64,000 bases of DNA, from positions 3,680,001 through 3,744,000 of the forward strand of contig OZ243916.1 in assembly GCA_965213675.1 (NCBI GenBank). The letters are read 5' to 3'. The translations under genes and the position numbers were made by a program. This document shows, piece by piece, positions 27,301 through 34,018 of this stretch. The notes under the pieces were generated by a model. It did not search any database. It was given only the letters and a program-made list of their open reading frames with translations, and was not told where the DNA came from. How positions within the stretch are numbered: the first letter of the stretch is position 1; every line of letters starts with the position of its first letter. Source of the stretch: an uncultured Candidatus Binatia bacterium (lineage in GTDB: Bacteria; Desulfobacterota; Binatia; UBA9968; JAJDTQ01).

Positions 27301-30300
27301 TCACCCGCGGGGTGAGGGTCACCGCATGGGTCGGCCGGCTCTTCAGGCGCACCGTGTACTCGGCCGAGGCCCCTTCGGACACCTGGAGCGCGCGCGTCGA
27401 TGTCATCACCCCGTGCCCGGCGTCGCGGTGGGTGACGGTCACAGCCGGCGCGCTGGACACGCCCGGGTAGCCGGTCACCGCATGGGTGAGGGTGACGTTG
27501 CTGCCCTGAATCGCATCCGCGTCGGGCAGGGCGGTGACCTCCACCGCCTGCGCCTCGCTCCAAATCGTCTCGCCGCGCGTGGTGAAGGTGAGCTGCGCCG
27601 GTTCAACCCGCACCCGGCCGGCATCGCCGGAGGTGATGTCCACCGTCACCGTCTGGCCGGGGTCGCTGCCGAGCCAGAGGTGGTAACGCCCCGGCGGGCC
27701 GTTCTCCACCACCGTCATGGCGGTCGGGCTGACCCTCACCCTGGGGGTGCCGTCGCCGGGCGCCACCTTGGGCGCCACCTTGTCACGCAACTGGATGAAC
27801 GCCGCGCCGCCCCTGGGCACCGTGCCCGTAGCCCCCGTGCCGGTCTCCCGGTCCAGGTTGCTGTCAATTGTGCCCATCCACAGCGTGAACGCTTCCCTGC
27901 TCTCCGCCGCGCCGTCCTCGATCGCCGCGAGCGCCAGCGTCGCGGTCGTCACCGCGGCATCGTCCGAGCCGGTGAATACCACCGCAGGCTGGTCGGCGCT
28001 GTACGGCGGCGAGGCGGAGAGCGATACGCCGCTGCTGCTCGCGCCGGCATCAAGGGTGAGCGTGTAGTCGTCGCCGTCCACACCGGTGCCGGCCACGGTG
28101 AGCGGCACCGTCACCGTCTCGCCGGCGAGCAGCCCGCGCCCCAGGGTCACCGTCACGCGCGTCTCGTCGCCCTCGACCAGCTCGTCTTCGCCCGGAACGG
28201 CGAAGGTGACCGGTGTCGGATTGCCGTCGATGACCGTCACCGTCGCCTCCGTGCCCTTGGCCAAGGTTGCGGGAAAGCCGCTGCCGAAGCCGACCGTCAG
28301 GGTCTCGTTCTGCTCATCGGTATCGTCGGGCAGCACGAACAGCCGGACGGTGTGCGCATAGTCGGGCGCCCGGAACGCGATCCGCGCCGGCAGGTCGAGC
28401 CGGTAATCCGCCGCGTTCACCCCCGACACCGACAGCAGATTGGCCGTGTCCACCAACAGCCGCTGCGTCGTCGCGCCGGTCACGCTCAGCGTGAGGTCGG
28501 CCCACTCGCCTTCCGCCATGACATCCCCTGCAAGCGACAGGTTCAGCACCGGCTTCGTCGCCGCGGCCACGGTCACCGACACCGGATCGATCGACAGGTC
28601 CGTGCCATAGCCGCCGCCCGCCGCGTAGGTCACCGCATGGGTGACGTTCACCGGACCGCCGCCGGCGACGCCCTCGACGGTGACGGTTTGCGGCACCTGC
28701 CAGTTCTCCGCGTCGAACACCGCCCACTTGGCACGAGTTCCTTCGATGGCCTTGATGCCGACCACCTTGTCGTCATCGCTCGTGGGCGTGATTGCCACCG
28801 CACCCACAGGCTCGCTCGTCAGGCGCAGCGTGTAGCTGTCCTCCCCGCCGCTTGTCACCGTGACCGCGTTGGTGCCGACCGTCACCCCGGCGGTGTCGTC
28901 ATCGGTCACGGTGACGCTGACGCTGCCGGCGTCGGGAATCGCGTAGGTGGCGTCGTTGGAGGTCGCCACGTGGGCGATGGTGACGGTGCGGGCATCGCCC
29001 GCGTTGTCGATGTCGTCATCGACGCCGGTGACGGTGATGGTCTGCGCGGTGCTCCAGATGCCGCTGCCGGCCGGCGTGAAGGTGAGCGTCTGGGTCTTGC
29101 CCGTCGTGCCGCCCACGGTGTTCACCTGCACGCCGTCGCCGGCGGTCACCGTGATGGTCACGTTGGCGGTCGGCGCGCTGCCGAGTTCCACCGTGTAGCT
29201 CTCCGTGGTGGTGCTGCTGCCGCCGTCGTCGCTGACGATGGTCTCGTCGTCAGACTCCTTGATGATGACGCCGGGGGTGAAATCGTCGTCGGTGATGGTC
29301 ACTGTCGCCGTGCCCGTGGAGGTGGTGCCCTCCCTGCCCATGACCTGTACAAAACTGTCGTCCAATTCCCGGTCGAGGTTGCTCATCACCGCCCGGTTGC
29401 GTTTGCCGAAGTCCACCGTGAGCGCTTCCGAGCTGCCTTCGTTGTCGGCGTCCTGCTGCGCGGTGACGGTGAGTGTCGCGACTTGCACCGTGTTCGAGTC
29501 TTGACCGGTGAACACCACCGCCGGCGCGGACGCGCTGTGCGGGGCGCTGGTGCTGAGCTTGACCCCTGTGTTGACGCTGCTGCCGGGCTTCAGCGCGATC
29601 TCGTAATCGGATGCGGTGATGCCCGTGCCCGACACGGCGAGTGGCGCCGTCACCGACTCGCCGGCGATGAGGTTGCGGCCCAGGGTCACGGTGATGTCGG
29701 CCCCGTCGCTGCCGTCCTCCTTCACCGTGCCGGCGCCCGCCAGCGTCACCGAGGTGGGGTCGTCGTCGTAAATCGTGAGGGTGGCCGTGGTGCCCGCCCG
29801 AAAACCCGGAGGCAGGTTCTGCCAGCCCACCGTCAGCGTCTCGTTCGACTCGTCAACGTCGTCGTCGTTGATGTCAAACTTACTGTTGTCCGTATAGGGA
29901 TGGGAGAAAGAGTGGTAATTCACCCTTGATGCGAGCGTATAGTCCGACTCGGTGACACCTTCGCCAGTGATTGTCAGCCTACTCGTTCCCCCCGGCAGAA
30001 TGAACCCTGACGTGGCGCCGGTGGCCGTCACTAACAGATCGGTAGAAGCCCTGTTCGGCCTGTGCCTGACGCGTGTGTTCAGCGTTTCAGAGACTCGGGT
30101 GGACTGAAACCGAAGATCCAGCACCTGGCGCGTATCGACAGTGACCGTGACGCTGCCGGCGACGGCGATGACGTAGTTGCTGTCGGTGGAGGTTACCGCG
30201 TGGCTGATGGTGGACGAGCCGTCCTCCTTGCCGGTCACCGTCACCGCCTGCGGGATGTTCCAGTTGCTCGTGGAGAAGGTCAGGGCGCCGGACACCGCGG

Positions 30301-33300
30301 CGTTGGCCGCCGCGCTCGAGGTCGGCGTGACCGTCACCGGGTAGTTCGGCCGGCTCTTGAGCACGACCTCGTAGGTCTTGGCTTCGTCGCTGCCCTGCAC
30401 CGACAGCATCGATTCGGACAGAATGACCCCGTGGCCCGCGTCGGTGGCGGTGACGGTCACGTCGTCGATGTCGATCCCGTGGTAAGGATTGTTGTTGTCC
30501 GAGGCCACGGCCGCGGCGTGGGAGATGATGACGGTCTCAGTCGCCACGTCGCCGTCGTTTACGGCGCGCACCGTAACCGTCTGCGGCTCGTCCCAGTTGC
30601 CGGCGTTGCCGTCGGTGAAGGTGAGGGTGCTCTGGTTGCCCGCCATGGCGCTGTCGGTGTCCACTTCAACGACGCTGGGGTCGCGGGAGGTGACGGTCAC
30701 GACCACTTCCGCGCCGGGGTCGGTGTGGAGCGCCAGCGTGTAGGTTTTCTCGGCGTCGGTGGGGTGCAGCTCGGTGAGCGCGAGGCTCGCGGTGGAGGGC
30801 GTCACGCCGTCCGTGTCCTCGATGCTGAATTCGTCGAGGCTGTCGGTCTCGCTCGTGCCGCCGTCGAGGCCGGTGCTCGCGAGCGTGCCGAAGCCGATAT
30901 CGACGGTTTCCGGCGTGCTCTCCAAGGTGTCGTCCGCCGCCGCGGTCAGGGTGATGGTGGCGGTGGTCGCCGTCTCGCCAGTGTTCGGGCCGGTGAAGAC
31001 CACGTTGGCAGCGCCGCTGTCGAGGTTGTTGTAGGCGACGCCGTCCGCCGCGGCGCCGGTCATCGTGTAATCCGTGCCGCGCGTCGCCGTGCCGCCGAAG
31101 GTGAGCGGCACGGTCAGCGTCTCGCCGCTGACCAGGCCGCGGCCGAGGGTGATGGTGAAGTCCCGCGTCTGGCCCTCGGTCAGGTTGCCCGAAGCGGTGG
31201 AGGCGAGGGTGACGGTGGTGGGGTCGTCGTCGGTGATGGCGACGGTGATGTCCTCGATGATCATTCTCTCGAAACCGCGGGTTGTTTTGTGGGTTATCGT
31301 CGCAGTGCGAGGGCCGCCGGGATTGTCAATGTCGTCGTCCACTGCGCTGACGTCGATCTTCCTGGGACTGCTGAGCCCATCTGAAAAGCCGCCGAGCCCA
31401 GTGAAGTTCAAGGTTGCCGTCCCCGCCGGTTGATTGCCGCCGAAGGACACCTGCAGCCCTTCACCGGCGGTGGCGATAAAATCCGTTATAAGAAAAGGGT
31501 TGGCTTCCACCATCTGCACCTGATAGGAGTCCGTCGCGCCCGATTCAACCACCGCGGTGGAACCGTCGGACTCGGTCAAAACCACGCCATCGTCGTCAAG
31601 AATGTTGATCGTCAGTGTTGGGTTCGCACCCCTTTCCACGCCTGTGTCCAGGTTGATGATCCTGGCTAAGATGCGCTCTAGTCCTTCAAGGATGTCGTCA
31701 TCGACCGTCATGACCGTCGCGCTGGCGGTGGTAGCGCCTGCGGCAATCGTCAGGCTGAAGTCTGCGTGTTCCCCATTGATCGGGTCGCCGGTCACCGGGT
31801 CAACAAAGTCTGCAGCGACAGTGGCGTTGTCGCCTAGCAGCCAGATTTCAATGGGGGTGTCGGTATCGCGCGCCTCGGAGAGCTCGACGGTCACCTGTAG
31901 TGATTCGCCCTCCTCGACATCGGCACTTTCCTCGGTGAAGGAGACCGTTACGATATCGTCGTCGTGAATAATGAGAGATGCTGTCGACGCCGAGCCTACC
32001 CGCACGTCCGCTGGCAGGCTTGCCGCGTCGATCGAGACGAAGGTCAATTCGCTGTCCTCCGTTGCGTCGTCGTCCAGGATCGGTATCGTGAAGGTCCCGG
32101 TGGTCGCGCCAGCGCTGATCGTGACGCTGCTGGGATTCGGCGCGGTGTAATCCTCCCCGGCTGTTGCGCCGTCTTTTACCTCTCGCAGGGATATAGGTAT
32201 CACGACATCGCTGCCGAGCACGGCGGACAGGGTCACGGTGAATTCGGCGCTTGCGTCCGTACCTTCCGTGACGGAAACGAACACGGGGCCGATATTCACC
32301 GTCGGACGCGCTTTGATGGTGAAGTCGGCCGCGAGGTCGTCGGCGTCGCCGAGCACGGAAGCGTGGTCGTATCCATAAACGACCTGGTTGCCGTCGCCGG
32401 GATCGCCGCGGTAGCGGAGCAGGCGCTTGTCCACATTGATCTTCACCGCGCCATCGGCGGTGAGCGCATCGCCGCTGTAGCTCAAGTCCACCTCCGCGGA
32501 GCGGTGGCCGTAGTTCGCGGGGATGCCGTGTACGCCGGTGGCGTCCCTGGCGAGCAAGCGAACCGCGGAGATGGCGAGCCCCGACGGCGCGCCGGAGAGC
32601 GTGATCAGCGCCCTGCCCGCCGCGTTGAGCTGCTTGCCGGTGAGATACTTGCCTTGTTTCTGCGAAGCGCCGGCGGTCCTGTTGCCTGCGCCGAGGAAGG
32701 TGGCGTTCTTCGGGTCGAGGGTGAGGGTGACTGTGCCGCCGCCAACAAATTCGCTTTCCTTGATTTGCGCGGGTGACAGCGCGAGCGAATAGACGACGTT
32801 ATTCGTGTCGTTGTCCTTGAGCGTCACCTCGAACCGGTTCGCCGTCGCGTGTGGACTCGCATCCATGGTGGTGCGGCCTTCGGTATCGAACTGCGCGTCG
32901 CTGCCGAGCGCCACCACCGCGGTCTCGTCGGATTCGTCGGCAATGTCGTCCTTCGGTGTGAGTTCGAGCGTCGCCGTCTGCGCGCCGTCAGTGAACTCCA
33001 CAGTCCAGGCAAGCGTCCCTGCGCTCGAAACCGTCACGCTTGTATTCAATGCCGGGCCGGCCTTGGCCTGGATGTCCACATCCTGGCTCGTGACCCGACT
33101 GCCGGAGACGAACAAGGGCACAACGACTTCTTCGCTCGCGATCAGCACCCGGCTCAGGGTCACCGTGAACTCGGCGGTGGCCGATCCGCCCTCGGTGACG
33201 TCGCCCATGTTCGTGCGGGCTAGCGAGACCTCCACGGCCGCGCCCGTCTTGTCGTCGTCCTCGATGAGCAGCGTCGCCCGGTTGGCGCCGCCGCCTGCAG

Positions 33301-34018
33301 TGAGGCCTCCGCTGAGGTTGGTCGCCAGGGTGGTATCGGCGAGGTCGCCGAGCGCCACCGTGATCGTCTCGTTGCCCGTGTCGCCGTCGTCGCGCGTGGT
33401 CGCCGTGAACGTGACCGTCGCCGTCTGCTGGGTGCCCGCGTCCGCGCCGGTGATCTTCACCTTCGGCGACCAGGTTGCGCCGCCGATTGCGGTGCCAGCC
33501 TCGCCACTGATGGACACGCCGGCGCCGCTCGCGCTCACGGTGTAGTCGAAGTCCGAGCTGCTCCGCCGGTCGGCGGTGCCGCCGATCACCAGCGGAATCT
33601 CCGCGATCTCCCCGCCGGCGAGGTCGCGGTCAAGGGTCAGCGTCACCGTTGCGGTGCTGCTCGTGTCCTCCTCGGTGAGCGTGGTGTCGGGGGCCGCAAG
33701 CGTCACCGTGACGGGGGCGCTCGTCTGCGCTTCAGTCCAGGGCGTCCACCCGGCCAGCAGCACCAAGGCAACCCCCAATGTTGCAAAAGCCTTCGCGGGA
33801 ATGACGTCTCGTAAGTTTTCCGATAATCCTACTCTGCGGCTCGGCTCGGCTCGGCTCGGCTCGGCTCGGCTCGGCTCGGCTCGGCTCGGCTCGGCTCGGC
33901 TCGGCTCGGCTCGGCTCGGCTCGGCTCGGCTCGGCTCGGCTCGGCTCGGCTCGGCTCGGCTCGGCTCGGCTCGGCTCGGCTCGGCTCGGCTCCATTGTGG
34001 ACTGAGCATTAATTCCAT
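17084..34018 (-). CDS. Giant secreted adhesin-like protein, N-terminal part (Sec signal peptide; Calx-beta and Ig-like repeats); frameshifted at 17212
   Basis: 5,644-aa ORF. GAGGGG SD-like motif 7 nt upstream of ATG 34018. Hydrophobic segment AFATLGVALVLLAGW followed by TEA|Q. T/V/A/G/D-rich repeats with Calx-beta-like motifs (e.g. SDASAAEGEALVFTVTL...VPTVDDNVYESD). The last ~42 aa are out-of-frame sequence. Confidence 0.93.
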   Translation of the reverse strand: MELMLSPQWSRAEPSRAEPSRAEPSRAEPSRAEPSRAEPSRAEPSRAEPSRAEPSRAEPSRRVGLSENLRDVIPAKAFATLGVALVLLAGWTPWTEAQTSAPVTVTLAAPDTTLTEEDTSSTATVTLTLDRDLAGGEIAEIPLVIGGTADRRSSSDFDYTVSASGAGVSISGEAGTAIGGATWSPKVKITGADAGTQQTATVTFTATTRDDGDTGNETITVALGDLADTTLATNLSGGLTAGGGANRATLLIEDDDKTGAAVEVSLARTNMGDVTEGGSATAEFTVTLSRVLIASEEVVVPLFVSGSRVTSQDVDIQAKAGPALNTSVTVSSAGTLAWTVEFTDGAQTATLELTPKDDIADESDETAVVALGSDAQFDTEGRTTMDASPHATANRFEVTLKDNDTNNVVYSLALSPAQIKESEFVGGGTVTLTLDPKNATFLGAGNRTAGASQKQGKYLTGKQLNAAGRALITLSGAPSGLAISAVRLLARDATGVHGIPANYGHRSAEVDLSYSGDALTADGAVKINVDKRLLRYRGDPGDGNQVVYGYDHASVLGDADDLAADFTIKARPTVNIGPVFVSVTEGTDASAEFTVTLSAVLGSDVVIPISLREVKDGATAGEDYTAPNPSSVTISAGATTGTFTIPILDDDATEDSELTFVSIDAASLPADVRVGSASTASLIIHDDDIVTVSFTEESADVEEGESLQVTVELSEARDTDTPIEIWLLGDNATVAADFVDPVTGDPINGEHADFSLTIAAGATTASATVMTVDDDILEGLERILARIINLDTGVERGANPTLTINILDDDGVVLTESDGSTAVVESGATDSYQVQMVEANPFLITDFIATAGEGLQVSFGGNQPAGTATLNFTGLGGFSDGLSSPRKIDVSAVDDDIDNPGGPRTATITHKTTRGFERMIIEDITVAITDDDPTTVTLASTASGNLTEGQTRDFTITLGRGLVSGETLTVPLTFGGTATRGTDYTMTGAAADGVAYNNLDSGAANVVFTGPNTGETATTATITLTAAADDTLESTPETVDIGFGTLASTGLDGGTSETDSLDEFSIEDTDGVTPSTASLALTELHPTDAEKTYTLALHTDPGAEVVVTVTSRDPSVVEVDTDSAMAGNQSTLTFTDGNAGNWDEPQTVTVRAVNDGDVATETVIISHAAAVASDNNNPYHGIDIDDVTVTATDAGHGVILSESMLSVQGSDEAKTYEVVLKSRPNYPVTVTPTSSAAANAAVSGALTFSTSNWNIPQAVTVTGKEDGSSTISHAVTSTDSNYVIAVAGSVTVTVDTRQVLDLRFQSTRVSETLNTRVRHRPNRASTDLLVTATGATSGFILPGGTSRLTITGEGVTESDYTLASRVNYHSFSHPYTDNSKFDINDDDVDESNETLTVGWQNLPPGFRAGTTATLTIYDDDPTSVTLAGAGTVKEDGSDGADITVTLGRNLIAGESVTAPLAVSGTGITASDYEIALKPGSSVNTGVKLSTSAPHSASAPAVVFTGQDSNTVQVATLTVTAQQDADNEGSSEALTVDFGKRNRAVMSNLDRELDDSFVQVMGREGTTSTGTATVTITDDDFTPGVIIKESDDETIVSDDGGSSTTTESYTVELGSAPTANVTITVTAGDGVQVNTVGGTTGKTQTLTFTPAGSGIWSTAQTITVTGVDDDIDNAGDARTVTIAHVATSNDATYAIPDAGSVSVTVTDDDTAGVTVGTNAVTVTSGGEDSYTLRLTSEPVGAVAITPTSDDDKVVGIKAIEGTRAKWAVFDAENWQVPQTVTVEGVAGGGPVNVTHAVTYAAGGGYGTDLSIDPVSVTVAAATKPVLNLSLAGDVMAEGEWADLTLSVTGATTQRLLVDTANLLSVSGVNAADYRLDLPARIAFRAPDYAHTVRLFVLPDDTDEQNETLTVGFGSGFPATLAKGTEATVTVIDGNPTPVTFAVPGEDELVEGDETRVTVTLGRGLLAGETVTVPLTVAGTGVDGDDYTLTLDAGASSSGVSLSASPPYSADQPAVVFTGSDDAAVTTATLALAAIEDGAAESREAFTLWMGTIDSNLDRETGTGATGTVPRGGAAFIQLRDKVAPKVAPGDGTPRVRVSPTAMTVVENGPPGRYHLWLGSDPGQTVTVDITSGDAGRVRVEPAQLTFTTRGETIWSEAQAVEVTALPDADAIQGSNVTLTHAVTGYPGVSSAPAVTVTHRDAGHGVMTSTRALQVSEGASAEYTVRLKSRPTHAVTLTPRVTDSGAVLKAGAAVTFQPNEWNTEKTIAVSGLSPGRATVSHEVSSTDSNYGGSGGTVRGVALVGVTVGAAPARIAGAAFTVAPAAASVVGGNPAAFTVSATNALGGDVAVEVSIDDGGDVVAAGQFLTRKVIVPAGGSKRFSVGTKSFGQDRPDGAVTATLATRYGGASARVAVADNIATPVSLAGGGDLRLREQTPSDKAQVTVTLGRDLAAGEVVEVPLAFATTDGVALPGAAQPHIAVTARGTGVTLQGASTTAPVVRFTGGAGTERVATVEMAATATRDANLTNDTFTVGLGDLAAATLGTTVSGGAVATGGSNQARLTLVDNQEAFEVSLAGGGDLSVVEQLPSDTASVTVTLERDLAAGEIVEAPLAFASTSGVVLPGGSQPHVQVLSASGTGVTLQGATTTTPTVRFTGGAGTEQVAQVQIAATNQDDGDTSDDTFTVGLGDLAAGGLATNLSEAVTTAAGDNVATLTLFDDDNPFTVALTGGSDVRLFEEAPGDTGSVVVTLERDLVAGEVVEVPLAFSTTSALSLPGQSQPHIQVLSATGAGVSLHDAATTAPKVRFTGGAGREQVAEVQLGATGRDDGNRTDDTFTVSLGNLSDAGLATQLTGTVTASSASSAPTLTVIDNDVGVALSDASAAEGEALVFTVTLPNAAPAGGVAVRYTIAGGTGGAAYSRATAPDDFRGARGGAVVIAQGRTSGTLSVPTVDDNVYESDHRFTVRLVSSTHGPLHPTDYEAVGTIIDDADLPQYGFQSGQYRVSEGGTVGVVVAQGGSATSLLPATVTFAPAGDGDTAGEGDYSGASGTLTFAPGGASRQVITVGALDDNVPDFEEHFTLVLTAGAHTKVGASAATKVEIVDNDPVTVGVEAAASVHEGETVVFTFGADATVENDLPLKVRVTQQGSYVSATAIREYSLVLAGGSASATLRIQTEENDSHQTDGWVRATLFPGDGYAVDVSRSVAKVLIDGAEPTLRVRAAGTEVSEGNDAEFTLSADFAPARDLMVALGVAQEGDVAAAGQTGNRQVILKAGEDQATIAVETDDDTTTEAAGAISVTLAGGAGYAVGADSDRASVVVVDDDGSPSAITLTVDADTDSAGVQDAVRENGGTKTVRVTATIDDGSRFDTDQVVTVRVGEASDSAEEVTDYANVPDQTITLRQGATSGYVEFPLAPVNDSLSEPEETISLTGTLAGATFTDTSLRLLDDETPEVRVEAKQDSVPEGTAATFTVRLLVPPAAPVTVNYQVSGTRGHAAASTGSVVVPTSGSVEITAASIDVAGDAPNGTLTVTPTTGTGYRVSDRSAGSIEVVDDEPTPVALRGSRSMTEGVESRTGVLVVELGRELVAGERALVQLRFATGARDFLSGAANRRDVIVHADGADSAALAADTQKLAEGVWLFGPSSGKLTGQRTPPNVAVYAVEFTGGTDTPRSATLHLTARAERAPNDSTDANITVNFRGLASAALTNLGGGLEPDRRQSGALFRVVDADKLVVSTRSLALTEGGTANYRVQFDSSTGRPSQNVTVTVAAGDGARVSTAGSPTQAATKTLTFTRSNWRTGQTVTLTATDDPADDPGKTVSVTHTATSADVRFQHQKARELVVRVTDNDPTGVVLAAASGDLGEGQTREITVTLDRGLVQGEALTVPLTFAGTAVRGTDYTLVGATAASVAYNQLDSGTASVVFTGPDSGATATTATLTLTAVRDGTEEATPETVDIGLGTLVPTGLAGGVDTTDSLAEFRIVDSSAGIAITESGGSTVAGEDGTEDTYEVVLSAEPTHDVTVTVTSGAGVEVGTTGSPAAAATKTLTFTPANWDDAQTVTVHAVDNQVDDVSRREVEISHAATSVDPFYRAMVASVLAVAVIDDDATAVTLSTSAGDIAEDGSNKVVTVALGRALVAGERLTVPLTFGGAATRGTDYAVRVQEGQAASGVTHTNLASGAASVMFTGGAGASPSASFTLESMADEIDEGASETVSVALGALDGDSGRGLDGGASGSGGVSFSITDDDTAGVTVGAGRVTVASGAAASYTLRLTSAPVGAVAITPTSEDPNTAGIQANKNGSTGRLIFDAGNWQEPQTVTVEGVAPGGPVSIGHAVTYAAGGGYGTDLSIDPVVVTVTAAAKPVLNLSLAGGALREGAWRDVTLRLTGATGRVLVDTANLLSVSGVTAADYRLDLPARIAFRAPDYARTYQLWALPDDVDEQNETLTIGFGSGFPATLAKGAEATVTVIDGNPTAVTFALAGGDDLVEGDGTSATLTLGRGLRAGETVTVPLVVAGTGVDSSDYTLTLDAGASSSGVSLAISAPYSSHQPAVVFPGSDDAVVTTATLSLAALEDGAAETREAFTLWMGTLDSNLDLETGTGARGTAARGSAAFIQLRDRVVPASGAPRVRVSHNFLRVLENGPPGRYFLWLGSDPGQDVTVDITSSDPARVRVEPAQLTFTTRGDRIWSEAQSVAVTALADADVIQDSTVTLTHAVTGYPGVSSAPSVTVTHRDAGHGVMASTRALELSEGATAGYTLRLLSRPTHPVTVTPRVADSGAVLRGGAAVTFQPNEWNTEKTIAVSGLSPGRATVTHDVSSADSNYGGSGGTEYGVALVGVTVGAAPARIAGAAFTVAPVAARVVGGNAAAFTVSATNALGGDVAVEVRIGDGGDVVAAGQFLTRKVIVPAGGSKRFSVNTKAFPADRPDGAVTATLAPRYGGASASVQVVDNLPTPVSLAGGSDLRLREQTPGDKAQVTVTLGRDLAAGEMVDVPLAFATSDGVALPGAAAPHVAVSARGTGVTLRGATTTTPTVRFTGGAGVERVALVELAATATVDANLSDDTFTVGLGDLAAVALGTTVSGGAVATGGSNQARLTLVDNQESFEVSLAGGGDLSLVEQLPSDTASVTVTLERDLAAGEIVEVPLAFASPTGVVLPGGAQPHVQVLSAAGTGVTLHGATTTTPTVRFTGGAGSEQVATVAMAATGQDDGDTDDDSFTVTLGDLAAGGLATNLGEVVTPAAGDNVATLTLFDDDNPFTVALRAGGDVRLLEEAPGDTGSVVVLLERDLVAGEVVEVPLAFATTSGLSLPGGSQPHVQVLSATGAGVSLHDAATAAPKVRVTGGAGSERVAEVLLAATGLDDGNRTDDTLTVSLGDLSDATLATQLTGAVAASGASHSAVLTVLDNDVGVAISDASAAEGEAMVFTVSLPEAAPAGGVTVRYTVHEGTGGAVHARATAPADFRGSRGGAVAIAEGQTSGTVSVPTVDDNVYESDHRFTVRLVSSTHGLLHPTDYEGVGTITDAADLPQYGFQSGQYRVSEGGTVGVVVAQGGSATSLLPATVTFAPAGDGDTAGEGDYSGASGTLTFAPGGASRQVITVGALDDSVPDFERALHAGADGGGAYEGGRERRDEGGDRRQRSGDGRRRGGRVGA
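22087..28906 (-). repeat. Large intragenic direct repeat, copy A (~6.8 kb)
   Basis: Paralogous to 14499..21304. Near-identical over ~22150-25070 and more diverged elsewhere. Confidence 0.93.
33789..33806. repeat. Half REP-like palindromic element (GCCTTCGCGGGAATGACG) inside the adhesin signal-peptide region
   Basis: Matches the right half of the ATTCCCGC..GCGGGAATGAC elements at 36758 and 43152. Encodes VIPAKA in frame. Confidence 0.55.
33838..33992 (-). repeat. Simple sequence repeat (GAGCC)31, putative phase-variation tract
   Basis: 31 perfect GGCTC units on the + strand. They lie between ATG 34018 and the signal-peptide h-region and translate as (EPSRA)n. Confidence 0.97.

Noticed and set aside
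1874-28906. Diversity-generating retroelement (TR/VR pair) explaining the near-identical repeats
   Set aside because: No reverse transcriptase in the window. The repeats are 375 bp to several kb and in frame, and the differences are not adenine-specific.
19982-32410. RGD motifs at 19982-19990 and 32402-32410 as integrin-binding sites
   Set aside because: Several RGD tripeptides are expected by chance in a G/D-rich protein this long, and the paralogous copy has RGE.
4-33545. Very long plus-strand ORFs (e.g. 3391..7983, 12547..17253, 17009..25123, 26552..29929)
   Set aside because: Antisense shadows of the high-GC adhesin frame. They are R/G/H/V-rich with no recognisable motifs, and their frame shifts exactly where the real gene shifts.
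33838-33992. CRISPR array or telomere-like repeat
   Set aside because: Pure 5-bp tandem with no spacers; no cas genes in the window.
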